This document shows positions 19,635 to 30,423 of a stretch of 64,000 bases of DNA, in pieces (within the stretch, counting starts at the first letter, position 1; each line of letters begins with the position of its first letter). Source of the DNA: Promethearchaeota archaeon (GTDB lineage Archaea; Asgardarchaeota; Lokiarchaeia; Sigyniarchaeales; SOKP01); the NCBI GenBank assembly GCA_016930515.1, contig JAFGGO010000085.1, positions 8,740-72,739 of the forward strand. The letters run 5' to 3'. The position numbers and the translations under genes are program-made. The notes beneath the pieces are model-generated. The model saw only the letters and a program-made list of their open reading frames with translations. It made no database searches and was not told where the DNA came from.

Positions 19635-20581
19635 TAAAACTTCATTTTCCGTGTTTCAAAGGGATAGTAAACTCAATTTTATTTGATTAGATAATTTATA
19701 ATTTTTTAGTTTTTATCTTGATATTTAATCCTTTTTTAAAAATTAATTAATTCATAATTCGTTTATTGCTCCTGACCATTAGATTTTTTTTCATTACTAA
19801 AATCTGCTATGAAAGAAAGTTCTCACTCACTATAGTCGTTAATAAACCATCCATCTCCCTCTGAACTCTTGCTATCAAAATAATTCTGCCACTTAATTAA
19901 CTATTACCGCCCAGTTTTCGCTTTTTCCAACCGCCCATGCCCTCAAATTCTTCTCCCTTGCTCAAGATTGGGATAACGCTTCTCTCTGAGTCTTTCCAAG
20001 AGAGTGGGACTCTTGTAGGGTTTACCATATTCCGCGTGAATAACATTCATCAATTCCTTTAGTTACCCCCTTTTAATCGATTGGATTGAGGATGGAAAGA
20101 CGATAAATGTCAATATCACCTACAACCAGCTCGTATTTTGACAGGCATATCAATATGTTTTGCCCTTGGCAGTTTATGAGGTTTAAACATAGGTTCACTT
20201 TATTTTACCATAAGTATTCTACTTTGCTCCTAATCGAACTGTAGACTTCTCATACGGTTCATTGTTTCCGAAGCTTGGAACGATTCATTACTGATAACTT
20301 TCCTTCGTGTAAGTACATTCGTCCATCTTGAAGCTGATTTTTGAATCGATAGTTTTTCATATCAAACCATTTGGTTATAATTCAAGTCTCGTATTTATTC
20401 ACATAGCTTTATATATCACACGACACCGGCAGTCTTATTTGTATTTGAGATCTCATCCAATTTGCAGAGGAACAAAATTATTTGCTAACACAAATGCCTT
20501 ATATTAACTAATTATAACTAAGGAAAGATAATATAAAAAGGTTAAAATTGAAATGAAAAAAAGATTTATTAATTTTTAAAT

Positions 20582-20759
20582 CTAATCTGGCTCGTTATGT
20601 TCATTGTCTTCCGGTTCGTCGTCAAGAACATCAGAAAATTCCTCTAGCTCTTGTTTATCGTGGAAATAATACCTACCCTTATTAAATAGTAGTTTTTCGT
20701 TTTCAACTTCTTCTATATGTTTTCGAAGTGTTCTTATTGCGTTCAGATTCGTTTTTCAT
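20582..20759 (-). pseudogene. Small acidic ORF with an apparent one-base frameshift just after the ATG
   Basis: Frame TNLNAIRTLRKHIEEVENEKLLFNKGRYYFHDKQELEEFSDVLDDEPEDNEHNEPD* joins ATG 20759 only if one A of an A5 run is removed. Confidence 0.35.
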
Positions 20760-21107
20760 CACCTTCTTGATATTCACCATATATAGTTTAAACGAAGTAT
20801 TTAATAGTTCTTCAAATAATTTAGAATCGCTTAATCGTTAAGCATGAAAATTTCTAAGTCTAACGAGCGTTATACTTTAAAAAATAAAGAAGTGAAATCA
20901 TGACTAAAAATAAGATTTTCGACAGTCTAAAGCTCCCAAAGCACGACTAATCGTTTTTCATGATTTTTCTATTGATCTCCTTCTTTATCATCATTACCTT
21001 GGACCCGAAATTTCTCTCTTAAGATCTATAATAGTGGAATACTTAAGTAAGATATACCTAAACTCTAACAATGATATAAAAATTACCTTTTATTACATTT
21101 GAAAAAA

Positions 21108-22631
21108 ATGCTTGAAAAACCAATACAATCTGTAGAAGATTATAAGCAAAGCTTGCGGAACAGAAAGCTTAAAGTGTATTTTTTCGGAGAATTAGTTAAG
21201 AATATCGTCGATCACCCCGTAATTGCTCCTTCTATAAACGCCGTTTCTAAGACTTACGAGTTGGCTTTCGAAGACGAGGAGCTCGCAACAGCATATTCGT
21301 CTATTTCGGATAAAAAAATTAATCGTTTTTTGCATGTGGCCGAAAAACCAGAAGATTTGGTATTTCAGAATAAGATGCAAAGACGCCTAGGACAGCTCAC
21401 GGGTACTTGTTTCCAGAGATGCGTTGGCATGGATGCCATCAACTCCCTTCATTCCATCACCTACGAAATTGATGAGAAATACGGTACTAATTATCACAAA
21501 AATTTTCTTTCGTTTCTAAAAATGGCACAAGAATTAAACATCGTCATTGGAGGTGCGATGACAGACCCAAAGGGCGATAGAAGTAAGAAACCATTTGAAC
21601 AGGAAGATCCCGATCTGCATGTTCATGTCGTCGATAGAGACGAGAAGGGAGTATTCATTTCTGGAGCAAAAGCACATCAAACTGGTTGCCTTAACTCACA
21701 TTGGCTTCTCGTAATGCCCAATGGAAGTTTAACGGAGCAAGATAAGGATTTTGCCTTTTCAGGCGCCGTTCCCGTTGACGATCCAAATATTACTTACATA
21801 TATGGTCGCCAATCAAATGATTTGCGCCACTTAGACGGTTCGGAAATCGATACGGGGAATTTTTCATATTCTGGTCAGGAAGCCTTAATAGTCTTCGATC
21901 GCGTGTTCGTACCCTGTGAGCGTGTGTTTTTAGACGGTCAATACGAGTTTGCAGGAACGCTCGTAGAACGATTTACCAATTATCACCGAAGAAGTTACGT
22001 TTGTAAAAGCGGTCTTGGGGACGTGCTTATTGGTGCGACAGCAACCGCAGCAGATTATAATGGTGTGCCGAACGCTTCCCATATTAAGGATAAACTCGTT
22101 GAAATGACCCATCTTAACGAAACGATATATGGCACGGGGATCTCTTCTTCGAATCAAGCGTATCGATTGAAATCGGGAGCTTGGATGTGTGATGATGTGC
22201 TAGCAAATGTGTGCAAGCAACATGTGACAAGATTTCCATATGAGATGGGTCGATTAGCCCAAGATATTGCCGGAGGTCTAATGGTCACCCTCCCCTCCGA
22301 AAAGGATTTTAATCACGATGTAGCTGGGCCCCTACTAGAAAAATACTTTAAAGGCAGGAAAGGCGTGCCTGTGAAACATAGGGCAAGAATCTTCCGCTTG
22401 ATCGAGAACATGACTCTTGGAAGGAACGCCGTTGCGTATCTTACAGAATCAATGCATGGTGCTGGATCACCTCAAGCTCAGCGGATAGTTCTTTTCAGGA
22501 AGATGGATATTGCTTACAAGAAACTCTTGTCGCAAAATCTAGCAGGCATTCCAATAGATCGAAAAGAGTTGGTTAAATTTCCGGAATATTACAAGAGGGT
22601 CTTTAATAAGTCCATGAGAGATGAAAAATAA
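21108..22631 (+). CDS. abfD: 4-hydroxybutyryl-CoA dehydratase / vinylacetyl-CoA isomerase
   Basis: TGTCFQRCVGMD, MTDPKGDRS, GAKAHQTG, HRRSYVCKSG, ESMHGAGSPQAQ. Confidence 0.92.
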   Translation: MLEKPIQSVEDYKQSLRNRKLKVYFFGELVKNIVDHPVIAPSINAVSKTYELAFEDEELATAYSSISDKKINRFLHVAEKPEDLVFQNKMQRRLGQLTGTCFQRCVGMDAINSLHSITYEIDEKYGTNYHKNFLSFLKMAQELNIVIGGAMTDPKGDRSKKPFEQEDPDLHVHVVDRDEKGVFISGAKAHQTGCLNSHWLLVMPNGSLTEQDKDFAFSGAVPVDDPNITYIYGRQSNDLRHLDGSEIDTGNFSYSGQEALIVFDRVFVPCERVFLDGQYEFAGTLVERFTNYHRRSYVCKSGLGDVLIGATATAADYNGVPNASHIKDKLVEMTHLNETIYGTGISSSNQAYRLKSGAWMCDDVLANVCKQHVTRFPYEMGRLAQDIAGGLMVTLPSEKDFNHDVAGPLLEKYFKGRKGVPVKHRARIFRLIENMTLGRNAVAYLTESMHGAGSPQAQRIVLFRKMDIAYKKLLSQNLAGIPIDRKELVKFPEYYKRVFNKSMRDEK

Positions 22632-22801
22632 TCAAGTTATGGGTTTGCACCAAATTTTAGCGTTCAGAATTAGACGAGAGAAATTTTTACTTGGAGAAAA
22701 CCACAAGATTAAAAAATCACGCGCTTCTTTAGAAGTAAACCAAATATATCAAATTAATTTTTAAACTTGAGCGTTGGTGATGGAAAACGACTCAAATAAC
22801 C

Positions 22802-24298
22802 GTGTATGATGGATTAGACAGTGTTGGGGGAAACAAGATTTACCTGGAAGAAAAGGGTAAAGGAGTATTTCTTGATTTTGGGCTCAATTTCAAGGCTTAT
22901 AATCAGTTTTATAAGAATTTCCTAAGCGAACGGGCAATAAGAGGTGTACACGATCTTTACATGCTCGACCTGATTCCTAAAATCGATAATTACAGGTCTG
23001 ACTTGATTCCTAGGGATCTTAACCTTAGCAGGCACCCAAAATTAAATGTAAAAGCCGTTTTCATTTCGCACGCTCATAAGGATCATTACGGAAATCTGGG
23101 ATTGCTCGATGTAAATATTCCTGTCATTGGGTCCTCCGAGACCTTGGCACTTTTGAAGGGTCTTTCGGATGCCTCCACGCCTCAGTTAGGCTCTGATGTC
23201 GTGTATTATGCTGAACGGAGCGCAATACGAGAAAACGCATCACTCATAAGTGCTCGTAAGAACTTCAAGCAACGTTCGCTTGTATGTACCAAAAGATCCT
23301 CTCAACTCTATGAGTTCCTCTCATTGAAAAGCAAGCATTCAAAAAACATCGAAGAGGGCCGAATAATTTCTCTCGACTCTTTTTCGCTTCCCTTTGAGGT
23401 ACGCGCTTACGAAGTGGATCATTCAATATACGGATCAACGGCATTCCTCCTCGAAGGAGATACCACCGTTGCTTATACGGGAGATTTCAGGGTTCATGGA
23501 AAACATGCTAAAAAAAGCGAAGACTTTTTTTCAGAAGCTCGAAGAGCAAGCGTGCTTGTAATAGAAGGGACGAGGGCAAATAGCTCAGAACGGACTGACA
23601 CGGAAGAAGACATCTTTCACAATTGTCTTGACAAATGCGAACAATCAAAAGGTTTGGTCGTCGCAAATTTTTCCTCAAATAACCTTGAAAGATTAGAGAT
23701 TTTCCGTGAAGTGGCAAATTCTGTTGACCGTCAACTCGTAGTTTCACCAAAGGAAGCATATTTACTGAAGGCTCTTGAGCAAGCGGACGATATTGATCGA
23801 GCAAGAGGTGTTGCCGTTTACGATGCCATACGTTCAAAAACACCGTATTGGGAGGCTAATTACCTTGATGACCTTGAAAAAGTTGATAAAAATCAAATCC
23901 ACGCAAATCCTGAATCATATATCGCTTGCTTTTCCTATTGGGCTCTCAACAACCTCCTTGATATTAATGTACGCCACGGTACTTATATCTATTCCTCGGT
24001 ACGAGCTTACGAAGAAGAATCGGAATACGATTTCTTGCGCCTGTATAAGTGGATGAGGGGTGTTTTTGGATTCGAAATCGTGGGATTTGATGTAATCAAG
24101 CGTCAAGGGAGGAATGTCCCTTGCTTTTCAAAGGGATATCACGCTTCAGGACACGCAGGAACGGAAGATTTGCTAAAAGCAATTGAAATCGTGGATCCAG
24201 ATGTTTTGATTCCGGTTCATACGGAAAATCGAGTTTGGTTCGAAAAATCGTTTGATAATGTTGCTCCTTGCGAAAAAGGAAAACCATTGATTTTATAA
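22802..24298 (+). CDS. MBL-fold beta-CASP hydrolase, RNase J-like
   Basis: GGNKI, DFG, SHAHKDH, DHS, TGDFR, EGT, HASGH, PVHTE. Confidence 0.88.
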   Translation: MYDGLDSVGGNKIYLEEKGKGVFLDFGLNFKAYNQFYKNFLSERAIRGVHDLYMLDLIPKIDNYRSDLIPRDLNLSRHPKLNVKAVFISHAHKDHYGNLGLLDVNIPVIGSSETLALLKGLSDASTPQLGSDVVYYAERSAIRENASLISARKNFKQRSLVCTKRSSQLYEFLSLKSKHSKNIEEGRIISLDSFSLPFEVRAYEVDHSIYGSTAFLLEGDTTVAYTGDFRVHGKHAKKSEDFFSEARRASVLVIEGTRANSSERTDTEEDIFHNCLDKCEQSKGLVVANFSSNNLERLEIFREVANSVDRQLVVSPKEAYLLKALEQADDIDRARGVAVYDAIRSKTPYWEANYLDDLEKVDKNQIHANPESYIACFSYWALNNLLDINVRHGTYIYSSVRAYEEESEYDFLRLYKWMRGVFGFEIVGFDVIKRQGRNVPCFSKGYHASGHAGTEDLLKAIEIVDPDVLIPVHTENRVWFEKSFDNVAPCEKGKPLIL

Positions 24299-24476
24299 AT
24301 AATATTTAAAAGAATTGAGAACTCTTATTAGATAATTTTAAATATTTAATAACGAGCTTAGATAGTACTAATTCTATCAAAATTAAAAATATGAAGGTTT
24401 AAATTTAGGGGTTTTGATTATAACAGTATTAATTAGGATTAAAGCTCGGTAAAAATTAGAAAAGAATGAGGAGATC

Positions 24477-25649
24477 GTGTCGGAATTTATCGTTTTAAGT
24501 GCAATGTCTTCGGTTCTCGATATGGGTTCTGTCGTGATATTTGCATTTGTTTCTAAAAAACTTCCTATCTTGAGATCTTGGTTTATAGCAAGCATTTTTT
24601 ATGGAATAGCTTCTATTTTTAATCAAATTGAAAATTTTTTTCCTCAGATTGGTGATATTTCGACAATAGTATATTTATTTTATTTCCTTGCCGTCGTCGC
24701 GATATCTTTGGGAGTTTTCTGGGATTATTATAATACTTTTTTAAGACAGAAAAAAGAACATATGCACCAATCTCCTAAATATGTTGCTTCAATGGTGGGT
24801 ATAATTCCAATCGTCTTTTTTTTAGAACTATTCATGCTCGTGCTTCTTTTAATAACAATTTCCTTATTATTCAAGCTTTATCTCAAGCGGAGAACTCCTA
24901 CTCAAGCATTTTTATGCCTTTCGCTCGGTGGAGCCTTGTTAGTATTAATTTCAATTATCCTCCAATCGTTCGATGTCGTGAACGCCAATCAATTCGCTAT
25001 AGGAATTAATTTAATGTATTCTCTCTTAATCCTAATCACGGGTATCGTAGCTTTCCTGGAAAAAGGAATGATTGAATCTAATAAAAACTTAAAAAAGACT
25101 AAGAGTACATTGGAGAAGACTGCAAATACGTTAATGGGGGTTTTAGGCGCAGCGTCTAGTGCAAGTCTTCATGCCGTAAACATCGCTTCTGAATTGGCTT
25201 CTACAACTTCTGGCGTGAACGCTGAAGCAGAAGAAATATCGAGATCAGTCCACAAGGTTTTGAATTTGACCGACAATGTAGTGGGAAATTCAATGCAAAT
25301 TAAAAAACTCCTGACAATTCTAAAGACGATTGCGGGTCGAACGAATCTATTAGCCTTAAACGCCAGCATAGAAGCTGGTAAGGCGGGAAAACACGGTATG
25401 GGGTTTGGAATTGTTGCAGATGAGGTAAGCAAGTTAGCAGAAGAATCAGGAAACGCCGTAGAAAGTTCTAGCACGATTGTCGAAGATATTTTGAACAAAA
25501 TAGAAGAAACGAACAAAGCGATGAAGGGTATATTCACTTCTACCGAACAACAATCGATTTCTTTAGAAGAAATCTTGAATACGGCCCGTCGTTTGGAAAA
25601 ATTGGCAGAAAATTTAAAATTAACCTTAAGCGTGAAGGATTCGATCTAG
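24477..25649 (+). CDS. Methyl-accepting chemotaxis-like protein with multi-TM sensor
   Basis: About 6 TM, then [30 protein letters not shown]. Confidence 0.88.
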   Translation: MSEFIVLSAMSSVLDMGSVVIFAFVSKKLPILRSWFIASIFYGIASIFNQIENFFPQIGDISTIVYLFYFLAVVAISLGVFWDYYNTFLRQKKEHMHQSPKYVASMVGIIPIVFFLELFMLVLLLITISLLFKLYLKRRTPTQAFLCLSLGGALLVLISIILQSFDVVNANQFAIGINLMYSLLILITGIVAFLEKGMIESNKNLKKTKSTLEKTANTLMGVLGAASSASLHAVNIASELASTTSGVNAEAEEISRSVHKVLNLTDNVVGNSMQIKKLLTILKTIAGRTNLLALNASIEAGKAGKHGMGFGIVADEVSKLAEESGNAVESSSTIVEDILNKIEETNKAMKGIFTSTEQQSISLEEILNTARRLEKLAENLKLTLSVKDSI

Positions 25650-25830
25650 TTAAGTATTATAATTCAAAGACCTTCTATAACTCTTATTTTTTATAAAATA
25701 AAACAATTAGCGACTATTCTTTATTTTAAATGTTCTATGATGAAAACTTGTATTTTATAAACGCAGGATATTTAATTCAATTTAGGTTCTTTTCACATAA
25801 AGAAGATTATCATTAGAGGAGTCTATTAAA

Positions 25831-26280
25831 GTGTTAAAAGAAGGAGATGTGGCACCACAAAATATCGAACTACAGGATCAAGACGGAAACCTCGTAAAAT
25901 TAACCAATTTCAAGGGCAAGAAGGTAATAATGTATTTTTATCCTAAAGATAATACTCCGGGCTGTACTACCGAAGCTAAAAATTTTCGCGACTCCATCAA
26001 GGACTACGAGGGAAAGGATATAGTCATTATTGGAGTAAGTGCTGATTCAGTGAAATCACACAAGAATTTCCAAACGAAATACGCACTTCCATTCACTCTA
26101 CTTTCCGATCCTGACAAGATTGCTGCGAAAGCGTTTGGAGCGCTAGATGGGGGAACGGTTAAGAGACGAACTTGGTTGATCGATGAACAATGGAAGATTG
26201 AAAAGGCGTTCGAGACGGTCTCGCCCTCGAAACACAACGCAGAATTGTGTACTTATTACGGCATTAAGCCTCCAGCTTGA
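25831..26280 (+). CDS. bcp: Peroxiredoxin, BCP/PrxQ family
   Basis: YFYPKDNTPGCTTEA, GVSAD, LLSD, RRTW. Confidence 0.93.
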   Translation: MLKEGDVAPQNIELQDQDGNLVKLTNFKGKKVIMYFYPKDNTPGCTTEAKNFRDSIKDYEGKDIVIIGVSADSVKSHKNFQTKYALPFTLLSDPDKIAAKAFGALDGGTVKRRTWLIDEQWKIEKAFETVSPSKHNAELCTYYGIKPPA

Positions 26281-26303
26281 AATCTTCAATTTTTTGGATT
26301 TTA

Positions 26304-26604
26304 TGTCAATCAACCAATATTGTGATATAACATTAAAAACAATCACACAATTAAATAGAACGGTTTGATTGGATCTATTTCTGAGGAACAATATGAAAAA
26401 ACTTTAACTATCGAAAATAAGCGAGGCAAGGTTGAAAATATCACTTGGTGCTTCATGATGCACTTGTTCAACCATCAAACGCATCACATGGGTGGTCTCG
26501 CCGTCATTCTTGATCAGATGGGTGTAAAAAACGATTTTTCCAACCTGCTATGGAAGGAATCTTTTTCACTACTTGAATATTCGTTTACTATTTATTATAT
26601 TTAA
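26304..26604 (+). pseudogene. Truncated/frameshifted DinB (YfiT-like) family gene
   Basis: Only the C-terminal HLFNHQTHH.G motif is present; upstream frame ends at 26368. Confidence 0.6.
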
Positions 26605-26800
26605 GATGCGATTTATAATTCAATACGAATATCCTGATTTTTATTATATTAATAGAAGAGACCTCTATATACAAACCCTTGAGACGACAATTATCCAAAG
26701 CAGCATATCTGCATATTTTTTATTCTCAAAAATAAAAAGAACAATAATGGGCATGGTATCGTTTTGGTGGGACTAAAGAACAAAGAAAAATCTAATATGT

Positions 26801-28303
26801 TTAAAGTATATTTCGTTTTTGGAATTTGTAAACACTTACTTTCTTTCCGATAATAAAAAACATTTCTTTAGAATCGTGCTTCTTTATAACTTGTAAACCC
26901 GCCTTTTTTATTAATGCTTTGAGCTTTCTCATGGGAGGCAATCGGTCTTCTGAAGTTATGGACTCAACATTCTTGTGAACTGAATTGATTTTCTTGCGCG
27001 ATTGAGAGTGCGCAACCATGAGGTGTCCATCTGGTTTTAAAGCCTTGACAAGGATATTTAATGTTTTTTCTTGGTCTAAAAAATGTGGAAAGCACGAATA
27101 ACACAATATCGCGTCGAATTCACCTTCGTACAAAATGTCGTTCACGTCTCCAACGACAAATTCTACATTTGAATGTTTTTCTCCGTATTTTTTTTTGGCT
27201 ATGGATATCATGGTTTCTGAAATATCCATTGCCACGATTTTACCGCCATTGGTAATGTGCTTGCCTATAAATGGTAAGGTGATACCCGTTCCCGTCCCCA
27301 CATCTAAAATACATGCGCTATGTTGAAGTTTTAATTCCTTAACAATGGAATTTACTTTTCTAGGATCGTGATATACTTGTTCGTCCCATCCCTGAGCGTG
27401 TTCGTTAAAATACATTCTTACTTTATTGAGGCTTCGCTCTACTGGTTCTTTATCCTGTTTTTTTAAAATTCTTTTTTTTCTCTTGGGAGATATAATCACG
27501 GATATGGCAAATGTTCCCGACGAAAATATGATGATCGAAGAAGATATGGGAAAATCCACCGTTAAGGACAAAAAAATTCCTCCAATGATGGTTAAAACAC
27601 CAATTATTGGAGATACAATGAATAATTTCTTAGTATCGTAGATGTATTGGTGCGCAGTAGAACTGGGATTGACGATCATTGCGTAGACCAAGAAGGCACC
27701 GATGATGTTAATAGAAAACGAAACGGCTATAGCCGTGGCAAGTAATACCAGAAACTTGAAAAAATTTACAGGTATGCCTGCTGCTTGAGCCACTTTCTCG
27801 TTCAACATGATACTCATGAATTCCTTGAAAAAAAGAATTAAAATCACGATTACGACGATATTAAGTACAATGAGTACTATCATTTCTTGTTCGTTTAAAC
27901 CAAATAAGCTTCCCCATATGATATTCATGGCACTTCGTCCAGTGACACCTTCGGGCATTTGACTAATGAATATAAATCCTAAAGCGATCATTAAAGAAAA
28001 CATGATTCCAAGAATGATGTTCGAATCTAACTTGGTCTTGTTTGATAACGGTCCGAGTAGAAACGCAATGAGTATTGTAAAAACAGATGCCACGTGTACG
28101 GGATCTATCGGGCTTCCGTAAGACGCTAGCAATAAGCCTAAGGCTGCTCCGGCAAACGCCGTGTGACTCATGGTAAATCCTACCGATGTTATTTTCATAT
28201 GCACGACGAACGTGCCAATGAGGCTCAAGGCAAATCCCGCCAATACGGCGCTCAAGATTATTTTTATCATGATGCTAGTTGGTAAGATAACAAAATATAG
28301 CAT
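26801..28303 (-). CDS. Metal ABC transporter permease (ZnuB/TroCD type) fused to class I SAM methyltransferase
   Basis: MSHTAFAGAA permease motif, then LDVGTGTG and CYSCFPHF in one ORF. Confidence 0.88.
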   Translation of the reverse strand: MLYFVILPTSIMIKIILSAVLAGFALSLIGTFVVHMKITSVGFTMSHTAFAGAALGLLLASYGSPIDPVHVASVFTILIAFLLGPLSNKTKLDSNIILGIMFSLMIALGFIFISQMPEGVTGRSAMNIIWGSLFGLNEQEMIVLIVLNIVVIVILILFFKEFMSIMLNEKVAQAAGIPVNFFKFLVLLATAIAVSFSINIIGAFLVYAMIVNPSSTAHQYIYDTKKLFIVSPIIGVLTIIGGIFLSLTVDFPISSSIIIFSSGTFAISVIISPKRKKRILKKQDKEPVERSLNKVRMYFNEHAQGWDEQVYHDPRKVNSIVKELKLQHSACILDVGTGTGITLPFIGKHITNGGKIVAMDISETMISIAKKKYGEKHSNVEFVVGDVNDILYEGEFDAILCYSCFPHFLDQEKTLNILVKALKPDGHLMVAHSQSRKKINSVHKNVESITSEDRLPPMRKLKALIKKAGLQVIKKHDSKEMFFIIGKKVSVYKFQKRNIL

Positions 28304-28382
28304 TATTTTTTCTCCTTTTACATTGTTCTACTTTTTATTTTATTGAAATATTTTTTACCATATCATTAATTTTTCGTTTGAA

Positions 28383-29231
28383 TCATTCAACATCAACCAT
28401 GAAATGGCAATAAGCTTTAAATTTCTCCGATTTAATTGCTTCTTCGGTTTTATTGTCCAAGACTATCCTACCTTTTTGAATCATTATTACCCTATCTACT
28501 TCTTTTGGAACTGTCGTTCCATGAGATACGCAAAGTACTGTTACATTAGCAAGTTTGTTCAATCTCGATAGCATTGCGAATATTTCGTGTCGTGATTTCA
28601 CGTCTAAATTCGAAAACGGTTCATCTAACAGAAGGATGTTAGGTTCTGCTGCAAGCACGCTTGCAAGCAATACTTTTTGTTGCATGCCTCCCGAAAGCTT
28701 TCCTATAGGCCGATCCCAATAGTCGGCTATTTCTTCTTTGTTCCTCAAAGCATCGAAGCAATACCGCACGATCTTCCAATCCGCTTTTGATGGAAACCTG
28801 AGCAAACCCATCCGTCCTGAACGAGCCGTCATGAGGGCGTTTTTTACTAAAAAGGGCGTTTGTGGGTCAAACTCCACTCCCTGAATGAGATAGCCAATTT
28901 CTCTTCTTAATTGACGCCCTTTTTTGATTGCAGAGACCCCCTTTACTTCCAGGATTCCTTTTTCTACAGGGAGCAATCCCAGTATGGTTTCTAACAATGT
29001 TGTTTTTCCAGAACCGTTCGGACCCATAATAAATATGAATTCTCCCTCGTTTATTTCTAAATTGATATCGTAAAGTGTTGGGAATTTTTCTCCTTCGTAA
29101 ACGGTATTTACCCCTCGCAACCTAATTAATGGTGTCTTTTTGCGATTGATAGGTTTTTTTAGAGGTTTTTTGCTTTCAATTGTAACCTGTAGGGCTTCGA
29201 GAAAATCTGGATTGTAACTTTTTTCAAACAT
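28383..29231 (-). CDS. Metal ABC transporter ATP-binding protein (ZnuC-like)
   Basis: GPNGSGKT, LSGGMQQK, LLLDEP, VSH. Confidence 0.93.
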   Translation of the reverse strand: MFEKSYNPDFLEALQVTIESKKPLKKPINRKKTPLIRLRGVNTVYEGEKFPTLYDINLEINEGEFIFIMGPNGSGKTTLLETILGLLPVEKGILEVKGVSAIKKGRQLRREIGYLIQGVEFDPQTPFLVKNALMTARSGRMGLLRFPSKADWKIVRYCFDALRNKEEIADYWDRPIGKLSGGMQQKVLLASVLAAEPNILLLDEPFSNLDVKSRHEIFAMLSRLNKLANVTVLCVSHGTTVPKEVDRVIMIQKGRIVLDNKTEEAIKSEKFKAYCHFMVDVE

Positions 29232-29277
29232 GATATTTATAAAAAAAAAAATTTACATGTAAATAAATAAATATATT

Positions 29278-30285
29278 TTATACTTTTTTTGCTTTTCTAC
29301 GATAGAGTACGATTGATATGGCTACTCCAATGAAAATAACGGCAAATAAGGGAAGCGATAACTCCGACCCGATTGATCCACTTGATGGTCTCGGGTCTGG
29401 ACCGTCGTTCATTGCCCAATGTAGCAATGCCGCGTTAAAATCCAATTGTTCCAAGTACGAAGTCACGCTGTAAACTCCTGGAAAATTGAGCAAGGCAACG
29501 CTTGGAATGCCAAGCTCTTTAGCGGCTTCAGCACCCTGCTCCGTGCCCGATTGGTAATTCATTATTATGACTTCTGCATTAGTTTGATCGGCCTCGTTTA
29601 TTATATCACTAAATTGTGATAGCGTCATGCTGTTATCGTCAACGTTCCAAGAACCAGTAATGCTAAATCCTAACCATGTCAAGAAGGCCGTTTGATGGTT
29701 CATAATGTAAGCCTTGGTACCCGTGAAATTGTAGATGTTCAGGTTGAGTGTTTCCAACTCTATTTTTTTAGCCATAATCTGTTGCTTAAACGATGCGCAG
29801 TTTTCGTTAAAGGTCTGATTTAAAATTGGATAAGTGGTGTTAAGATGGGCACAAATAGCATCAACAAAAAGAAGTGCATTTGCTGGTGCACCCCATTGGG
29901 TATAACCGAGACCTGCGTCAAAACTCAACGAATAAGCGGCATCTAAATTTTCTGCGGCGCTTAATAATTGGTAAAGGAAGGTAGCGTTCTCAAAACCGTG
30001 ATAAAACACGATATCGGCAGTGTTTACCAGATTAATATCGCTTGGACTGTAATCGTAATGTCCAGGACACGATCCGCCTTCGATGATTACAGTGACGGTG
30101 CCCTTATCCCCAATTATTTGTTGGGCAAAATCTCTTAGAATCGTCGTTGTTGCGACTACTCTTACTTCGGGATCTGCGGCGAATCTCAAAGTTGGTTTTT
30201 CGTTGATAATATTATCCTGACTTGCAAATCCAATCATTAAAGCGAAGATCAACATAGTAAAGATTAATTTCAAATTTTTCTTCAT
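29278..30285 (-). CDS. Metal ABC transporter substrate-binding protein (ZnuA/TroA-like) with C-terminal membrane anchor
   Basis: Signal peptide, VVATT, CPGHYD..PSD, HGFE; C-terminal TM plus basic tail. Confidence 0.88.
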   Translation of the reverse strand: MKKNLKLIFTMLIFALMIGFASQDNIINEKPTLRFAADPEVRVVATTTILRDFAQQIIGDKGTVTVIIEGGSCPGHYDYSPSDINLVNTADIVFYHGFENATFLYQLLSAAENLDAAYSLSFDAGLGYTQWGAPANALLFVDAICAHLNTTYPILNQTFNENCASFKQQIMAKKIELETLNLNIYNFTGTKAYIMNHQTAFLTWLGFSITGSWNVDDNSMTLSQFSDIINEADQTNAEVIIMNYQSGTEQGAEAAKELGIPSVALLNFPGVYSVTSYLEQLDFNAALLHWAMNDGPDPRPSSGSIGSELSLPLFAVIFIGVAISIVLYRRKAKKV

Positions 30286-30309
30286 TGTTTTACATTAAAA
30301 TGTTTATAA

Positions 30310-30369
30310 TAATACTCTTTCGTAATTTAATAATACTTTTAAGTATTACTTTTTCATAATAAAGTATTA
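30310..30369. promoter_or_regulatory. Symmetric four-half-site operator TAATAC-N15-TAATAC-N6-GTATTA-N15-GTATTA
   Basis: Half-sites at 30310, 30331, 30343 and 30364 with exact dyad symmetry, 25-85 bp upstream of the metal ABC operon. Confidence 0.7.
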
Positions 30370-30423
30370 CTATATATGAAAACTTTATTCGTTTTAAAGC
30401 TAAATAGAAAAATGTTTTTGGTT

